Shown piece by piece: positions 29,022 through 39,332 of a stretch of 64,000 bases of DNA. The notes beneath the pieces are model-generated. The model made no database searches. It was not told where the DNA came from and worked only from the letters and a program-made list of their open reading frames with translations. The position numbers were made by a program, and so were the translations under genes. The stretch is taken from NCBI GenBank assembly GCA_030647775.1, contig JAUSJC010000010.1:72718-136717 (forward strand). Direction: 5' to 3'. How positions within the stretch are numbered: the first letter of the stretch is position 1; each line of letters opens with the position of its first letter. Origin of the DNA: Candidatus Curtissbacteria bacterium (GTDB lineage Bacteria; Patescibacteriota; Microgenomatia; Curtissbacterales; GWA2-41-24).

Positions 29022-30689
29022 ATGTTAACTTTTATCAAGAACGGCGCTGGTATCTTCAAAAAAAAGCAGGAGGATATCCTTTCCGCCGCCTTCATTATTG
29101 CCTTTTCGGTTGCCCTTTCCCGGATCCTCGGTCTTGTCCGTTACCGCCTGCTTGCTTCTCATTTCGGTTACGATATTAAACAGCTTGACAGCTTTATTGC
29201 CGCCTCGGCTCTTCCGGATGCCATTTTTGAAGTTATGATTTTCGGTGCCATTGCCCTTGCCTTTATTCCCGTGTTTTCCCAATACATGTCCCGCGATAAA
29301 CTCCAAAGGGCTTGGGCCCTGTCTTCAACCATGATTACCCTGGGCCTGGTTATTTTCGCCGTTTTTACCACAATCATTATTCTACTTGCCAATTTTATTG
29401 CTCCGATTATCGCTCCCGGAGTTGTAGCCAAAGAACCAACGACCCAATTTTTAATAGCCAACCTCCTGCGGATTATGATATTTGCCCAGCTCTTTTTCGT
29501 AATTTCAATTTTCCTAACCGGCATTTTGCAGTCATTCCAGAGGTTTCTCGTTCCGGCCATTGCCTCAATCTTCTACAACCTTGGCATAATCGCGGCCATC
29601 ATTTTCCTGACTCCATATTTTGGCATTTATGCTCCGGCGATTGGCATGGTTATAGGCGCTTTTCTGCACCTTTTGATTCAGTTGCCTTTGGCATTGTCGC
29701 TTGGCTTCCGCTTTCATTTTAGTTTTGATTTCAAAAACAAAGATGTTATGGAAACCTTCCACCTCATGTGGCCGCGTTCAATCGTTTTGGCCCTAATTCG
29801 TCTTTCCGACCTTATCAATATCGCTATCGCCTCCGTTGCCGCTTTCGGTTCGATTGTCGCCTTTAATTTTGCCCAGACCCTCCAGCTTGTCCCGATATCT
29901 CTGTTTGCCGCCGCCATCGCCCAGGCCGCCCTGCCATCCCTTTCAATAGAATTTAATTCCAGGCGCTATGACCAGTTCAAAAAACTTTTCACCCAGTCGT
30001 TTAATCAAATAAACTTTCTCATTTTTCCCTCCGCCGCCATCATTGCCATTTTAAGGATCCCGCTTGTCCGCTTGGTGTTTGGCGCCAAAGAATTCCCATG
30101 GGATATTACGGTTTTGACCGGCCGGGTTTTGATTGCTTTTTCTATCGGCATCGCCGCGCAGGCCATCAGTCTTTTAGTTACTCGCAGTTTCTACGCAGTC
30201 AAAGACAGCGTTACTCCTGTCAAAGTTACCACAGTCACGACTATTTTAAATATCGCCGCCAGTGTTATTCTAATTGTCATTTTGAAGTTTCCGCTCTTTT
30301 ATCTGGCTCTTAATTTCAGCATCGCCAACATTTTAAACGCGGTTTTACTTATGTACTTTTTGGATAGGAAAGTCGGCTTTAACAAAAAAGAACTTGCCAT
30401 ACCGTTTTTTAAAATGCTTTTAATTAGCGCGATTACTGCCATTACCCTTTATGTTCCCATGAAACTTTTGGACCAGTTAGTTTTTGATACGACCAGGACT
30501 TTTGGCCTTCTCCTCTTAACCGGCACGGCCGTTGCCGCCGGTTTAATAGTCTATACCGGCCTTTCCTGGTTGTTTGGGGTTGGAGAGGTCAGCGTTTTTT
30601 GGGATCTTGCCAAAAGGGTCGCCAGTTTCCCTTCAAAACTTACAAAACCTCCGCCGACCTCAATCGACGCCCAGCAGCAAAACCCCTAA
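29022..30689 (+). CDS. murJ: Lipid II flippase MurJ (MviN)
   Basis: SRILGLVR, AFIPVF and RSFYA motifs; about 14 TM segments. Confidence 0.92.
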   Translation: MLTFIKNGAGIFKKKQEDILSAAFIIAFSVALSRILGLVRYRLLASHFGYDIKQLDSFIAASALPDAIFEVMIFGAIALAFIPVFSQYMSRDKLQRAWALSSTMITLGLVIFAVFTTIIILLANFIAPIIAPGVVAKEPTTQFLIANLLRIMIFAQLFFVISIFLTGILQSFQRFLVPAIASIFYNLGIIAAIIFLTPYFGIYAPAIGMVIGAFLHLLIQLPLALSLGFRFHFSFDFKNKDVMETFHLMWPRSIVLALIRLSDLINIAIASVAAFGSIVAFNFAQTLQLVPISLFAAAIAQAALPSLSIEFNSRRYDQFKKLFTQSFNQINFLIFPSAAIIAILRIPLVRLVFGAKEFPWDITVLTGRVLIAFSIGIAAQAISLLVTRSFYAVKDSVTPVKVTTVTTILNIAASVILIVILKFPLFYLALNFSIANILNAVLLMYFLDRKVGFNKKELAIPFFKMLLISAITAITLYVPMKLLDQLVFDTTRTFGLLLLTGTAVAAGLIVYTGLSWLFGVGEVSVFWDLAKRVASFPSKLTKPPPTSIDAQQQNP

Positions 30690-32585
30690 ATGAACATCCG
30701 AAACTTTGCTCTAATTGCCCATATTGACCATGGCAAATCAACTCTTGCCGATCGTATTATGGAAGCCTGCGGCGCAGTTGGTACTTCTCACCAAGCCCAG
30801 CTTTTGGATAGTCTGGAGCTGGAGCGCGAGCACGGCATTACCATCAAACTCAAGGCGATCCGATTAGTTTACAAACCGGAAAATATTCTTCGAGCGAGCG
30901 AAGCGAGTCGAGAAGTTTCCACTGAAAATATTAATAGTTCTAAAGGTAAGTTCTCGATAAACTCGAACAATAATGACGCATTCATCTTGAACTTACTTGA
31001 TACTCCCGGCCATGTCGATTTTTCTTACGAGGTTTCCCGTTCGCTGGCCTCTGTCGAAGGCGCGATCCTAATTGTTGATGCTACTCAAGGCGTCCAGGCC
31101 CAAACGCTTTCCAATTTCACCCTCGCCCTCGATGCTAACCTCACCCTAATTCCCGTCATCAATAAGATTGATTCACCCCAAGCCGAGGTTGAAAAAACCC
31201 AGGAAGAGCTGAAAAACCTTGGTTTTTCACAAGCGGAAATAATCAAAGTTTCTGCCAAAACAGGCGAAGGAGTGGATCATCTTCTCGAACAAATCGTCAG
31301 CCGCATCCCACCGCCCACAAACTTCTCCGCACGTCATTCTGAACTCGTTTCAGAATCTAAAGACAAGATCCCGAATCAAGTTCGGGATGACAAGTTGAGA
31401 GCCCTCATTTTCGATTCCAGTCTAGATCCCTACAAAGGCGTCATCGCGACAGTCCGCTTATTTGGCGGAGGCCTAAAAGTAGGGGACCAGATAAAATTTT
31501 TGGCAACCGGCGCGCAAGCAGAGGTATTGCAAATCGGCTACCTAACTCCGGTCGTCAAATATGTCAATGAAATTAAATCGGGTGAAGTCGGCTTTATCGT
31601 TACCAATCTTAAGGACTTATTCAAAGTCGAAGTCGGGGATACCATCACCAGTCCCAAGGATCCGGCCAAACCGCTTCTCGGTTATAAGCATGCCAAACCG
31701 GTTGTTTTCCTTTCCTTTTATCCAACCGATGTCGGCGATTTTCCAAAATTAAAAGAAGGCCTGGAAAAATTAAAGCTAAACGATGCGGCGCTTTCCTTTT
31801 CCCCGGAAACTTCCATCTCCCTGGGCCAGGGCCTTCGCGTCGGCTTCCTCGGCTTACTCCACGCTCAAATTACCCAGGAGCGTTTGGAGCGCGAACATAA
31901 TCTGGATATTATTGCCGTTTCGCCTTCTGTCAATTTCGAAGTTGACGGCAAGCTTATCAATAAACCGTCGGAATTTGATCCGGCCGCCCAAAACGTCAAA
32001 GAGCCTTATGCCAAAGTAACCATTTTTGCCCCTCAAAAATATTTCGGCACCGTCTCCAATCTTGTTCACGACAAAAGAGGGACTCTCGGCAACTCCGAAA
32101 ACATCGGAAATCTTTTGAAAATCGAATGCGAAATTCCGCTCTTAGAACTTCTAATTGGTTTTTACGACCAATTAAAGACGCAAACTTCCGGTTACGGATC
32201 GCTCGATTTTGAACTGTCGGAGTATAAACCGGCAAAACTGGCCAAACTCGATATTCTGGTCAATCACGAACCGATAGAAGCCCTAACCCAGATTGTTCCG
32301 TACCAAAGGGCTGAAGAAATTGGCCGCAAATTTGTGGAAAAACTAAAAGATGCCATCCCGCGCCAGCAAATCCCAGTTCCAATCCAGGCGGCCATCGGCG
32401 GCAAAATTATCGCCCGCGAAACAATCGCCTCCTTTAGAAAAGACGTTACTGCTAAACTCTACGGCGGCGATGTCACGCGCAAGATGAAGCTTTTGCAAAA
32501 GCAAAAGAAGGGGAAGAAACGAATGAGAAGATTTGGAAGTGTCGATATTCCACAAGAAGCTTTCCTGGCTGTCCTTAAAGTATAA
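30690..32585 (+). CDS. lepA: Elongation factor 4 (LepA)
   Basis: HIDHGKSTLAD, DTPGHVDF and RKDVTAKLYGGD motifs; two in-frame palindromic insertions. Confidence 0.96.
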   Translation: MNIRNFALIAHIDHGKSTLADRIMEACGAVGTSHQAQLLDSLELEREHGITIKLKAIRLVYKPENILRASEASREVSTENINSSKGKFSINSNNNDAFILNLLDTPGHVDFSYEVSRSLASVEGAILIVDATQGVQAQTLSNFTLALDANLTLIPVINKIDSPQAEVEKTQEELKNLGFSQAEIIKVSAKTGEGVDHLLEQIVSRIPPPTNFSARHSELVSESKDKIPNQVRDDKLRALIFDSSLDPYKGVIATVRLFGGGLKVGDQIKFLATGAQAEVLQIGYLTPVVKYVNEIKSGEVGFIVTNLKDLFKVEVGDTITSPKDPAKPLLGYKHAKPVVFLSFYPTDVGDFPKLKEGLEKLKLNDAALSFSPETSISLGQGLRVGFLGLLHAQITQERLEREHNLDIIAVSPSVNFEVDGKLINKPSEFDPAAQNVKEPYAKVTIFAPQKYFGTVSNLVHDKRGTLGNSENIGNLLKIECEIPLLELLIGFYDQLKTQTSGYGSLDFELSEYKPAKLAKLDILVNHEPIEALTQIVPYQRAEEIGRKFVEKLKDAIPRQQIPVPIQAAIGGKIIARETIASFRKDVTAKLYGGDVTRKMKLLQKQKKGKKRMRRFGSVDIPQEAFLAVLKV

Positions 32586-32592
32586 TTTGCTC

Positions 32593-33288
32593 GTGGCTTC
32601 ATATCAGCAAAAACAATACCAGCTCTTTAGAGAAATTGAAGAAAAATTCAAAAGAGGGGAATCACCATCAACGATAGTCGAGCCGATCCAGGACTACTCT
32701 CAAGATAATCAAATTTGCTTAACTGGTGTAGTTTTTCTCTCGGGGAGGCTACAGACATTAATTACAAAAAAAATCATTGAACCTTTAAGAAAAATAGATC
32801 CAGAACAATATTATTATCTACCAGATTCTCTTCATCTCACTATTCAAAACGTTCGGACTATTAACAACCCACCTCTCTTTAGTGATGAAGATGTCAAAAA
32901 AGTCCAAAACGTTTTCAAAAAAGTAATCCCGAAACATCAGCGATTTGAATTTGAGTTAAAAGGGCTTTTCGAATTACCTACAAGTTTAGGCATTTGTGCC
33001 TATTCCGACAAGAGCATAAAGGATTTATGTTTCGATTTAAGAGACGAACTTACAAAGACTGGTGTTCCAGATAATAAAACTTATGCTTCGAAAGAAATAA
33101 TTTTCGGTAATGTTACAGTTAGTCGCTACACAACCACCCCCAGCCCTGAATTTTTTAAGGAAATTAACCGGATGAAAGATATGGAAATAGGCAAACTAAA
33201 GGTTAAAACTGTCTCCTTAATCACAACAAATTCCGTTTGTCATCCAAAATTGACTAAATTTATTCAAACATTCGATCTAAAAGTCTAA
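32593..33288 (+). CDS. 2H-phosphoesterase-like protein
   Basis: SLHLTI motif; second HxT appears degenerate (NVT). GTG start inferred. Confidence 0.55.
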   Translation: MASYQQKQYQLFREIEEKFKRGESPSTIVEPIQDYSQDNQICLTGVVFLSGRLQTLITKKIIEPLRKIDPEQYYYLPDSLHLTIQNVRTINNPPLFSDEDVKKVQNVFKKVIPKHQRFEFELKGLFELPTSLGICAYSDKSIKDLCFDLRDELTKTGVPDNKTYASKEIIFGNVTVSRYTTTPSPEFFKEINRMKDMEIGKLKVKTVSLITTNSVCHPKLTKFIQTFDLKV

Positions 33289-33291
33289 ACC

Positions 33292-33831
33292 ATGCAAAAT
33301 AAACTAAATCTGGAACTTAAATATCATTGCAAAGATTTTGCCCCGATCAGGGAAATCTTAAAAAATGTCGGTGCCAAAAAAGTTGGGAAGTTTAGCCAAA
33401 AAGATTATTTTTTTAATCTTCCTCAAAATAAAAAAGTACCCCAGAGGTTAAAACTGCGCATTCAGGAAAATCAGTCAACGCTGGTCTATTACAAGCGAGG
33501 TGATTTCTCCAAGAAATCAGCAACCGTCGCTAAAGTTTCCTTATTAGAAGTCGCCGATAAAAAGTTTTTAGATTTTCTTAAAAAAGTTTTAGGAACTAAA
33601 GCGATTGTCATCAAAAGCCGGGAGCTATGGAAGAAGGACAACACCGTATTTAATCTGGACACTGTCAAAAACATCGGAAAGATTTTTGAGATTGAAGTAT
33701 CCGTCGCCGGCGATGTCGACAAGGCAAAGAAAGAATTTAATAAGTACAAAGAAAAATTCCAGCCCCACTTGGATAAAATTGTAAAAGGTTCGAATCTTGA
33801 TTTAATTTTAAAAACCCACCCCATAGTTTGA
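33292..33831 (+). CDS. CYTH domain protein (class IV adenylate cyclase-like)
   Basis: ELK, QKDYFF, LKLR, KSRELW and LDTV..IG.IFEIE motifs. Confidence 0.8.
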   Translation: MQNKLNLELKYHCKDFAPIREILKNVGAKKVGKFSQKDYFFNLPQNKKVPQRLKLRIQENQSTLVYYKRGDFSKKSATVAKVSLLEVADKKFLDFLKKVLGTKAIVIKSRELWKKDNTVFNLDTVKNIGKIFEIEVSVAGDVDKAKKEFNKYKEKFQPHLDKIVKGSNLDLILKTHPIV

Positions 33832-33895
33832 CAAATATTATCAATATGCTATAATCATTTGTAATAAGTGTCCGTCCCATTGGGGCGGTTTTCTT
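33828..33895 (+). promoter_or_regulatory. Sigma70-like promoter followed by a terminator-like hairpin
   Basis: TTGACA 33828, TGCTATAAT 33847; CCGTCCC/GGGGCGG stem followed by TTTTCTT. Confidence 0.5.
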
Positions 33896-33922
33896 GTTTC
33901 TGGCCTAAGATCCAGAACCAAT

Positions 33923-34201
33923 ATGACATCCGAAATAGATCCTCTAGTTCATCGCCACCTAAGACAATCTGCCAATTACACTGTAGTGGAAGATGGACGA
34001 AAGCCTAGTGCTTCCGAAAGATCCCAGGCAATCTCTAACGCCCGCGATTACAGAAAACCAGTTTTCAGATTAAGATATGTGGAAGAGCAGAGACGGATCG
34101 ATCTCGTACCACCGGATATGACGATCAAAAGCGGTTCTACCGTTGTAGAACAAAAGCCATCCAGCTACCGACCTTTTTCTCTTATCCCTCCGACAAAGTA
34201 G
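33923..34201 (+). CDS. Hypothetical protein
   Basis: 92-aa ORF downstream of the promoter. Confidence 0.45.
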   Translation: MTSEIDPLVHRHLRQSANYTVVEDGRKPSASERSQAISNARDYRKPVFRLRYVEEQRRIDLVPPDMTIKSGSTVVEQKPSSYRPFSLIPPTK

Positions 34202-34229
34202 GAGTCCTTCAAACTCCAAAAATTCGCTC

Positions 34230-34266
34230 TTGACAACTTTTAGCACTCGGTGTATATTACTGCTAA
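34230..34266 (+). promoter_or_regulatory. hrcA operon promoter with overlapping CIRCE operator
   Basis: TTGACA 34230-34235; TTAGCACTC-N9-TACTGCTAA at 34240-34266 (consensus TTAGCACTC-N9-GAGTGCTAA). Confidence 0.88.
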
Positions 34267-34328
34267 CCTTGATCTTAGTTCATATTCGGATTAATTCGGA
34301 CTAAGAATTCGGATCAATTAGGGAAATT

Positions 34329-35048
34329 ATGGACCTCACCGAACGCCAGAAAAAATTACTCCGCTCAATAATTGAAAAGTATATCGAGACGGCCGAACCA
34401 ATCGGTTCCGAGACTGTCGAGAAAGAGGCCGGGCTTGGAGTTTCGCCCGCAACCATCCGAAACGAAATGGTCAGGCTAACCGCTTTAGGCTACGTTCGCC
34501 AGCCTTACACCTCGGCCGGCCGCATTCCAACTTCCATGGGCATGAAGTTTTTTGTCGACCAGCTAATGGAAGAAAAAGCCCTTTCGCTGAAAGATGAAGT
34601 TGCTATCAAAGAAGAAATGAACCAGGGTGACCAGCGTTTTGAAAGGCATTTAAAGCACGCCGCCCAGGTTTTGGCGCAGCAGACAAAATCACTGGCCATT
34701 GCCAGTGATGAAGAGGGTGACATTTATGCTTCAGGTATGGCCAATATTTTGGATATGCCCGAATTTTATGATATCGATATCACCAAAACCGTCCTTTCCA
34801 TGCTCGATAAAGTCGAACTTCTAAACCAGGTTTTTGCCATGCTTCTTCCCCAGGACCAAATAAAAATCTTTTTCGGTGAAGAGCTTGGGGTTCCCTTTTT
34901 GGAACCATGCGGCTTTGTAATTGTCCGCTACGAAGCGCCAAGCCATAGAGGGGTCCTTGGGGTCATCGGCCCGTCGCGCCTAAACTATCCGGTGGTTATT
35001 CCGACCATGAAATACTTTGCCCATCTGCTCGGCGAATTTTCCAAATAA
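34329..35048 (+). CDS. hrcA: Heat-inducible repressor HrcA (short form)
   Basis: LTERQ..., EPIGS, SPATIRNEM, SAGRIPT and GVIGPSRLNY motifs. Confidence 0.93.
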   Translation: MDLTERQKKLLRSIIEKYIETAEPIGSETVEKEAGLGVSPATIRNEMVRLTALGYVRQPYTSAGRIPTSMGMKFFVDQLMEEKALSLKDEVAIKEEMNQGDQRFERHLKHAAQVLAQQTKSLAIASDEEGDIYASGMANILDMPEFYDIDITKTVLSMLDKVELLNQVFAMLLPQDQIKIFFGEELGVPFLEPCGFVIVRYEAPSHRGVLGVIGPSRLNYPVVIPTMKYFAHLLGEFSK

Positions 35049-35051
35049 TCT

Positions 35052-35672
35052 ATGAAAAACGATATGCCCAAAACCAAATCTAACAAAACGGCCGAAGGCC
35101 CTGAGCAAAGTCGAAGGGACCAAAAACACGTCGAAGACCTTGAGCGCAGTCGAAGGGCCGAAGACCCTGAGCAAAGTCGAAGGGCCGCAGGTCATGAGAA
35201 TGATCGAATGGAGCTCGAAAACCGGCTCAAGCGTGCCCTTGCCGATTACCAGAATCTGGAGCGCCGTGTAGAAGAAGAGCGCAGGCTTTTGGGTCAACTT
35301 TCGTCAGCTCTTTTGATCGAGAAATTTTTGCCGGTTTTGGATAATCTGGAAAACGCCCAAAAACATTTGAACGACGAGGGCCTGGAAATTGTCATCCGTC
35401 AATTTAAAGATATTCTGTCTTCCGAAGGTGTTGAAGAAATCGAGTCCGTTGGTGCTGCTTTTGACCCTCATCAGCACGAAGCAGCCGAAGTCCAGGAAGG
35501 CGAAAACGACAATACAGTTGTCAAAGTCTTGCGTAAAGGTTATAAAATGAATGATAAGGTTCTTCGACCTGCCCAAGTTGTTGTCGAGAAAAAATCCGCC
35601 GGCGACAGCCAATCAGACAGTCTTGGTCAGGGAGTAAAAGAAGAGGAGGTTAATTATTCTTCGAGCGAGTGA
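35052..35672 (+). CDS. grpE: Nucleotide exchange factor GrpE
   Basis: ADYQNLERR, FDPHQHEA and KGY..LRPAQV motifs; N-terminus contains tandem palindromes. Confidence 0.93.
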   Translation: MKNDMPKTKSNKTAEGPEQSRRDQKHVEDLERSRRAEDPEQSRRAAGHENDRMELENRLKRALADYQNLERRVEEERRLLGQLSSALLIEKFLPVLDNLENAQKHLNDEGLEIVIRQFKDILSSEGVEEIESVGAAFDPHQHEAAEVQEGENDNTVVKVLRKGYKMNDKVLRPAQVVVEKKSAGDSQSDSLGQGVKEEEVNYSSSE

Positions 35673-35754
35673 AACGAGTCGAGAAGTTTTAGTTCTCGAC
35701 AAGTCTTCGACCGTGAGGCTCAGACCGAATCGGCTCGAACAATAAAAAACTAAT

Positions 35755-37695
35755 ATGCCAAAAATTATTGGAATCGATCTAGGTACTACAAATAGCGCAG
35801 TTTCGGTTGTGGAAGCCGGCAAGCCAAAGGTTATCCACAGCGCCGAAGGCCGCAACATTATTCCGTCTGTTGTCGACCCGCAAAAACATATCGTCGGTGA
35901 CGTTGCCAAACGCCAGATGGTCGTTAACCCCAAAACCACGATCTTTTCCATCAAGCGTTTAATGGGCCGTAAGTTTAAAGATGCCGAAGTCCAGCGCGAT
36001 CTCAAATGGCTCCCCTACGAAGTTAAAGAAGGCAAAATCGGCATGGCGGTAGTTTCTGTCGACGGCCACGATTACACTCCGCAGGAAATCTCGGCCATGA
36101 TTATTGGCAAAATTAAAGCCGATGCCGAAGCCTATCTCGGCGGCAAGGTAGACCAGGCGGTCATTACCGTTCCGGCCTATTTTGACGATTCCCAACGGCA
36201 GGCTACCAAACAAGCCGGCGAAATTGCCGGTCTTAAAGTCGAGCGCATTATAAACGAACCGACAGCCGCGGCTCTTGCCTACGGTCTGGATAAATCCCAT
36301 GCCCACACCATTGCCGTTTACGACCTTGGCGGCGGCACTTTTGATATTTCCGTACTCGAGCTTGGCGAAGGCGTTTTTGAAGTCAAGGCCACCAACGGCG
36401 ATACCCATTTGGGCGGTGACGATTTTGACCAATTAATTGTCCAGTTCCTCATCGGCCAGTTCAAAGAAGAATCCGGCATGGATGTATCGCGCGACCGTCC
36501 GGCTCTCCAGCGTTTGCGCGACGCCGCCGAAAAAGCCAAGATCGAGCTTTCGACAACGCAGGAAACGGAAATCTCGATTCCCTATTTAACCGCCGACAAC
36601 ACCGGCCCGAAGCACCTGCAGCTTAAGCTTTCCCGCGCCAAGCTTGAACAAATCGTTGGCGAACTTGTCGAAAAGACTCTCGGCCCTGTTGCGGCCTGCT
36701 TAAAAGACGCCAAAATCGATCCTTCCAAAATTGACGAAGTTGTTTTGGTTGGCGGTATGACCAGAATGCCCCTGGTTACCGAAAAAGTAAAAAGCTTCTT
36801 TGGCAAAGAACCCAATAAAACCATCAACCCGGACGAAGTTGTCGCCATCGGTGCGGCCGTCCAGGGCGCGGTTTTAGGCGGCGAAATGAAAGAAATGGTA
36901 CTTCTCGATGTTACACCGCTAACTCTCGGAATCGAGACTTTAGGCGGTGTCTCAACGGCACTAATTTCCCGAAATACCACCGTCCCAACATCAAAGACCG
37001 AAGTTTTCTCAACGGCTTCGGATAACCAGACGTCTGTCGAAATTAACGTCCTTCAGGGTGAACGCCCGATGGCCAGCGATAACAAATCTTTAGGAAGATT
37101 TATTTTAGATGGTATTCCGCCCTCCCCCCGCGGCGTTCCGCAGGTAGAAGTTACTTTTGATCTTGACGCTTCCGGCATCCTGCACGTTAAAGCCAAGGAT
37201 AAGGCTACCGGCAAAGAGCAATCCATAAAAATCACCGGCTCAACCGGTCTTTCCGAAGAAGAAATTCAAAGGATGACCAAAGAGGCGGAGGAGCACGCCA
37301 AAGAAGACGAAACCAAAAAAGAAGAAATCGAAATTAGAAACCACGCCGACACTTTGGTCTATCAGGCCGAAAAGGCCTTAAAAGACGGCGGTGACAAAGT
37401 CCCGGCGGAAGTTAAGACCGAAGTTGAGGAAAAGATAAAAGCCCTGAAAGAAATCCAGTCTTCCGCCCCGATAGAAGAAGTCAAAGCCAAAACCGAAGAA
37501 CTTTCAACCTCACTTTCAAAAATCGGCTCGTCCATGTATAGCCAAGGTCAACCCGGAGGTGCTGACGCAGGAAGTACCGAAGGCACTGACGCAGGAAGTG
37601 CAGCCAATGGCGAGACTCCGCCCGAAAACGGACAACCAGGAGCAGACGACAAAGCAGCCGGCGACGTCCAAGAAGGAGAAGTTGTTAAGGAATAA
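35755..37695 (+). CDS. dnaK: Chaperone DnaK
   Basis: [15 protein letters not shown] and DLGGGTFD motifs. Confidence 0.98.
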   Translation: MPKIIGIDLGTTNSAVSVVEAGKPKVIHSAEGRNIIPSVVDPQKHIVGDVAKRQMVVNPKTTIFSIKRLMGRKFKDAEVQRDLKWLPYEVKEGKIGMAVVSVDGHDYTPQEISAMIIGKIKADAEAYLGGKVDQAVITVPAYFDDSQRQATKQAGEIAGLKVERIINEPTAAALAYGLDKSHAHTIAVYDLGGGTFDISVLELGEGVFEVKATNGDTHLGGDDFDQLIVQFLIGQFKEESGMDVSRDRPALQRLRDAAEKAKIELSTTQETEISIPYLTADNTGPKHLQLKLSRAKLEQIVGELVEKTLGPVAACLKDAKIDPSKIDEVVLVGGMTRMPLVTEKVKSFFGKEPNKTINPDEVVAIGAAVQGAVLGGEMKEMVLLDVTPLTLGIETLGGVSTALISRNTTVPTSKTEVFSTASDNQTSVEINVLQGERPMASDNKSLGRFILDGIPPSPRGVPQVEVTFDLDASGILHVKAKDKATGKEQSIKITGSTGLSEEEIQRMTKEAEEHAKEDETKKEEIEIRNHADTLVYQAEKALKDGGDKVPAEVKTEVEEKIKALKEIQSSAPIEEVKAKTEELSTSLSKIGSSMYSQGQPGGADAGSTEGTDAGSAANGETPPENGQPGADDKAAGDVQEGEVVKE

Positions 37696-37852
37696 ATTTC
37701 AATTATCAAGCACCAAATATCAAACAATTTCCAATCTCAAAATCCCAAAGTCTTCGTCTAAGTTTATAATTTAGAAATTGAAATTTTGAATTTGTTTGTG
37801 ATTTGGAATTTGGAGTTTGGAATTTAACCAAAGATGGCTACAAAACGCGACT

Positions 37853-37944
37853 TAGCCCCGCAGGGATTTAAATTTAGTTATAATTCACAAACGAAATTTA
37901 AAGCGCGAGGAGCGCAGACTTTTTGAATGAAATGAAAAAAGACT
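37853..37944 (+). mobile_element. TAG..CGC hairpin element inserted in the dnaJ 5' end, supplying a replacement start
   Basis: ATGGCTACAAAACGCGACT|TAGCCCCGCAG...GAGGAGCGC-AGACTTTTT...ATGAAAAAAGACT|ACTATGAA. Confidence 0.75.
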
Positions 37945-38762
37945 ACTATGAAGTTTTAGGTGTCGGTAAAAACGCCGGCGCAGACGAGCTTAAAAAGGCT
38001 TACCGTACTATGGCGCGTAAACATCACCCCGATGTTGATAAATCCCCGGGCGCCAACGAAAAGTTTAAAGAAATAAACGAAGCCTACCAGGTGCTTTCCG
38101 ACCCAAACAAAAAGCAGGCCTACGACCAAATGGGTCACGCCGCTTTTGAACCCGGTGCCGGCGGCTTTGGCGGCGGCGCGGGCCAGGGTCCGTTCCAATA
38201 CCAGTGGTCTAGCCAGGGCGGCCAGGGATTCGAAGGATTTTCCGACCCTTTTGATATTTTTGAAATGTTTTTCGGCGGCCAGTCGCCTTTTGGCCGCGAA
38301 GCCCGTTTACCCCGTTACCAAATCCAGATCGATTTCACGGAAGCCGTCAATGGCGTAACCAAAGAAGTAGAAATAGAAGGCAAGCGCCAGAAAATAAAAA
38401 TCCCGCCGGGTGTCGACGACGGCTCCGAAATCCGCTTTGGCAATTTCATAATCATCACCTCTGTGCGCCAGTCGCCAAAATTTAAAAGAAGGGGATACGA
38501 CATTATCACCGAACACGAAATTACCTTTAGCCAAGCCGCGCTCGGCACCGAAGCGCGGATCGAAACCGTCTACGGCCCGGTAACCATAAGGATTCCCGCC
38601 GGCACCCAACCCGGCACGCAAATCCGCCTCAAAGGCAAAGGCGTCAAGCACCCCAGCGGCCGCGGCGTCGGCGACCACTACGTAATTATTAGATTAAACG
38701 TCCCAACGCGATTGTCCAAGGAGCAAAAAAAGTTACTGGAAGAATTAGAAAATCAATCATAA
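37932..38762 (+). CDS. dnaJ: DnaJ chaperone (no zinc finger, class B)
   Basis: DYYEVLG, HPD, G/F region, C-terminal domain; no CxxCxGxG repeats. Confidence 0.93.
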   Translation: MKKDYYEVLGVGKNAGADELKKAYRTMARKHHPDVDKSPGANEKFKEINEAYQVLSDPNKKQAYDQMGHAAFEPGAGGFGGGAGQGPFQYQWSSQGGQGFEGFSDPFDIFEMFFGGQSPFGREARLPRYQIQIDFTEAVNGVTKEVEIEGKRQKIKIPPGVDDGSEIRFGNFIIITSVRQSPKFKRRGYDIITEHEITFSQAALGTEARIETVYGPVTIRIPAGTQPGTQIRLKGKGVKHPSGRGVGDHYVIIRLNVPTRLSKEQKKLLEELENQS

Positions 38763-38793
38763 CAGAATCAAGCAAAATAATCGAAGAACTAAT

Positions 38794-39285
38794 ATGACCG
38801 TAAAACTTGATTATATCCGCACTGCTGAACGGTGGCAGAGATATGGGGAAGAGTATTCAAAAGAGGGAAGAGAACATTGGAGCGACTTTATAAAGGCCTG
38901 TCTAAGTGTAACCACCTTTTTAATCGGTTTTAATGGTATTTGGCTTCAGATTAGAAAAGCACCACTCACGGACTTGGATAAAGCCTTATTTTTTTCAGCG
39001 TTTATTTACTTATGCCTTTCTTTAATATTCGGGCTTTGGGCAATTTTGGAAATGAATGCTTTTATGAATAAAATGGGTCGGTATTACGAAGAGAAATCAG
39101 AAGCCTTGTTCAAATTTATGCTCGATACTAGTACCGATAGAGGCGAGTCGTATCCTAATCACCTGCCCAAGAAAAACAACAAAGAATTCGAATTAATACC
39201 CTGGCCCTTTAAATATCAATTAGTCTGTTTGGGATTTGGGATCATTGCATCTACGTCACTGGGAATGCTATTTATTTTTAAGTAA
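38794..39285 (+). CDS. Hypothetical membrane protein
   Basis: 3 TM segments; AT-rich. Confidence 0.6.
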   Translation: MTVKLDYIRTAERWQRYGEEYSKEGREHWSDFIKACLSVTTFLIGFNGIWLQIRKAPLTDLDKALFFSAFIYLCLSLIFGLWAILEMNAFMNKMGRYYEEKSEALFKFMLDTSTDRGESYPNHLPKKNNKEFELIPWPFKYQLVCLGFGIIASTSLGMLFIFK

Positions 39286-39332
39286 CCCCAATTTTCCCGC
39301 CCGAATTTTTTTGGCTTTGATATAATTGCTTG

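Noticed and set aside
35959-36980. Long antisense ORFs over dnaK (and similar ones over nusA, pnp, ftsK)
   Set aside because: Shadow ORFs caused by codon bias of the real genes.
37562-37599. CTGACGCAGGAAGT direct repeat in the dnaK tail
   Set aside because: Ordinary short duplication in a disordered C-terminus.
38697-38714. Similarity of dnaJ AACGTCCCAACGCGATTG to the array repeat (12/18 nt), suggesting an att site inside dnaJ
   Set aside because: The match is too weak to distinguish from chance without comparative data.
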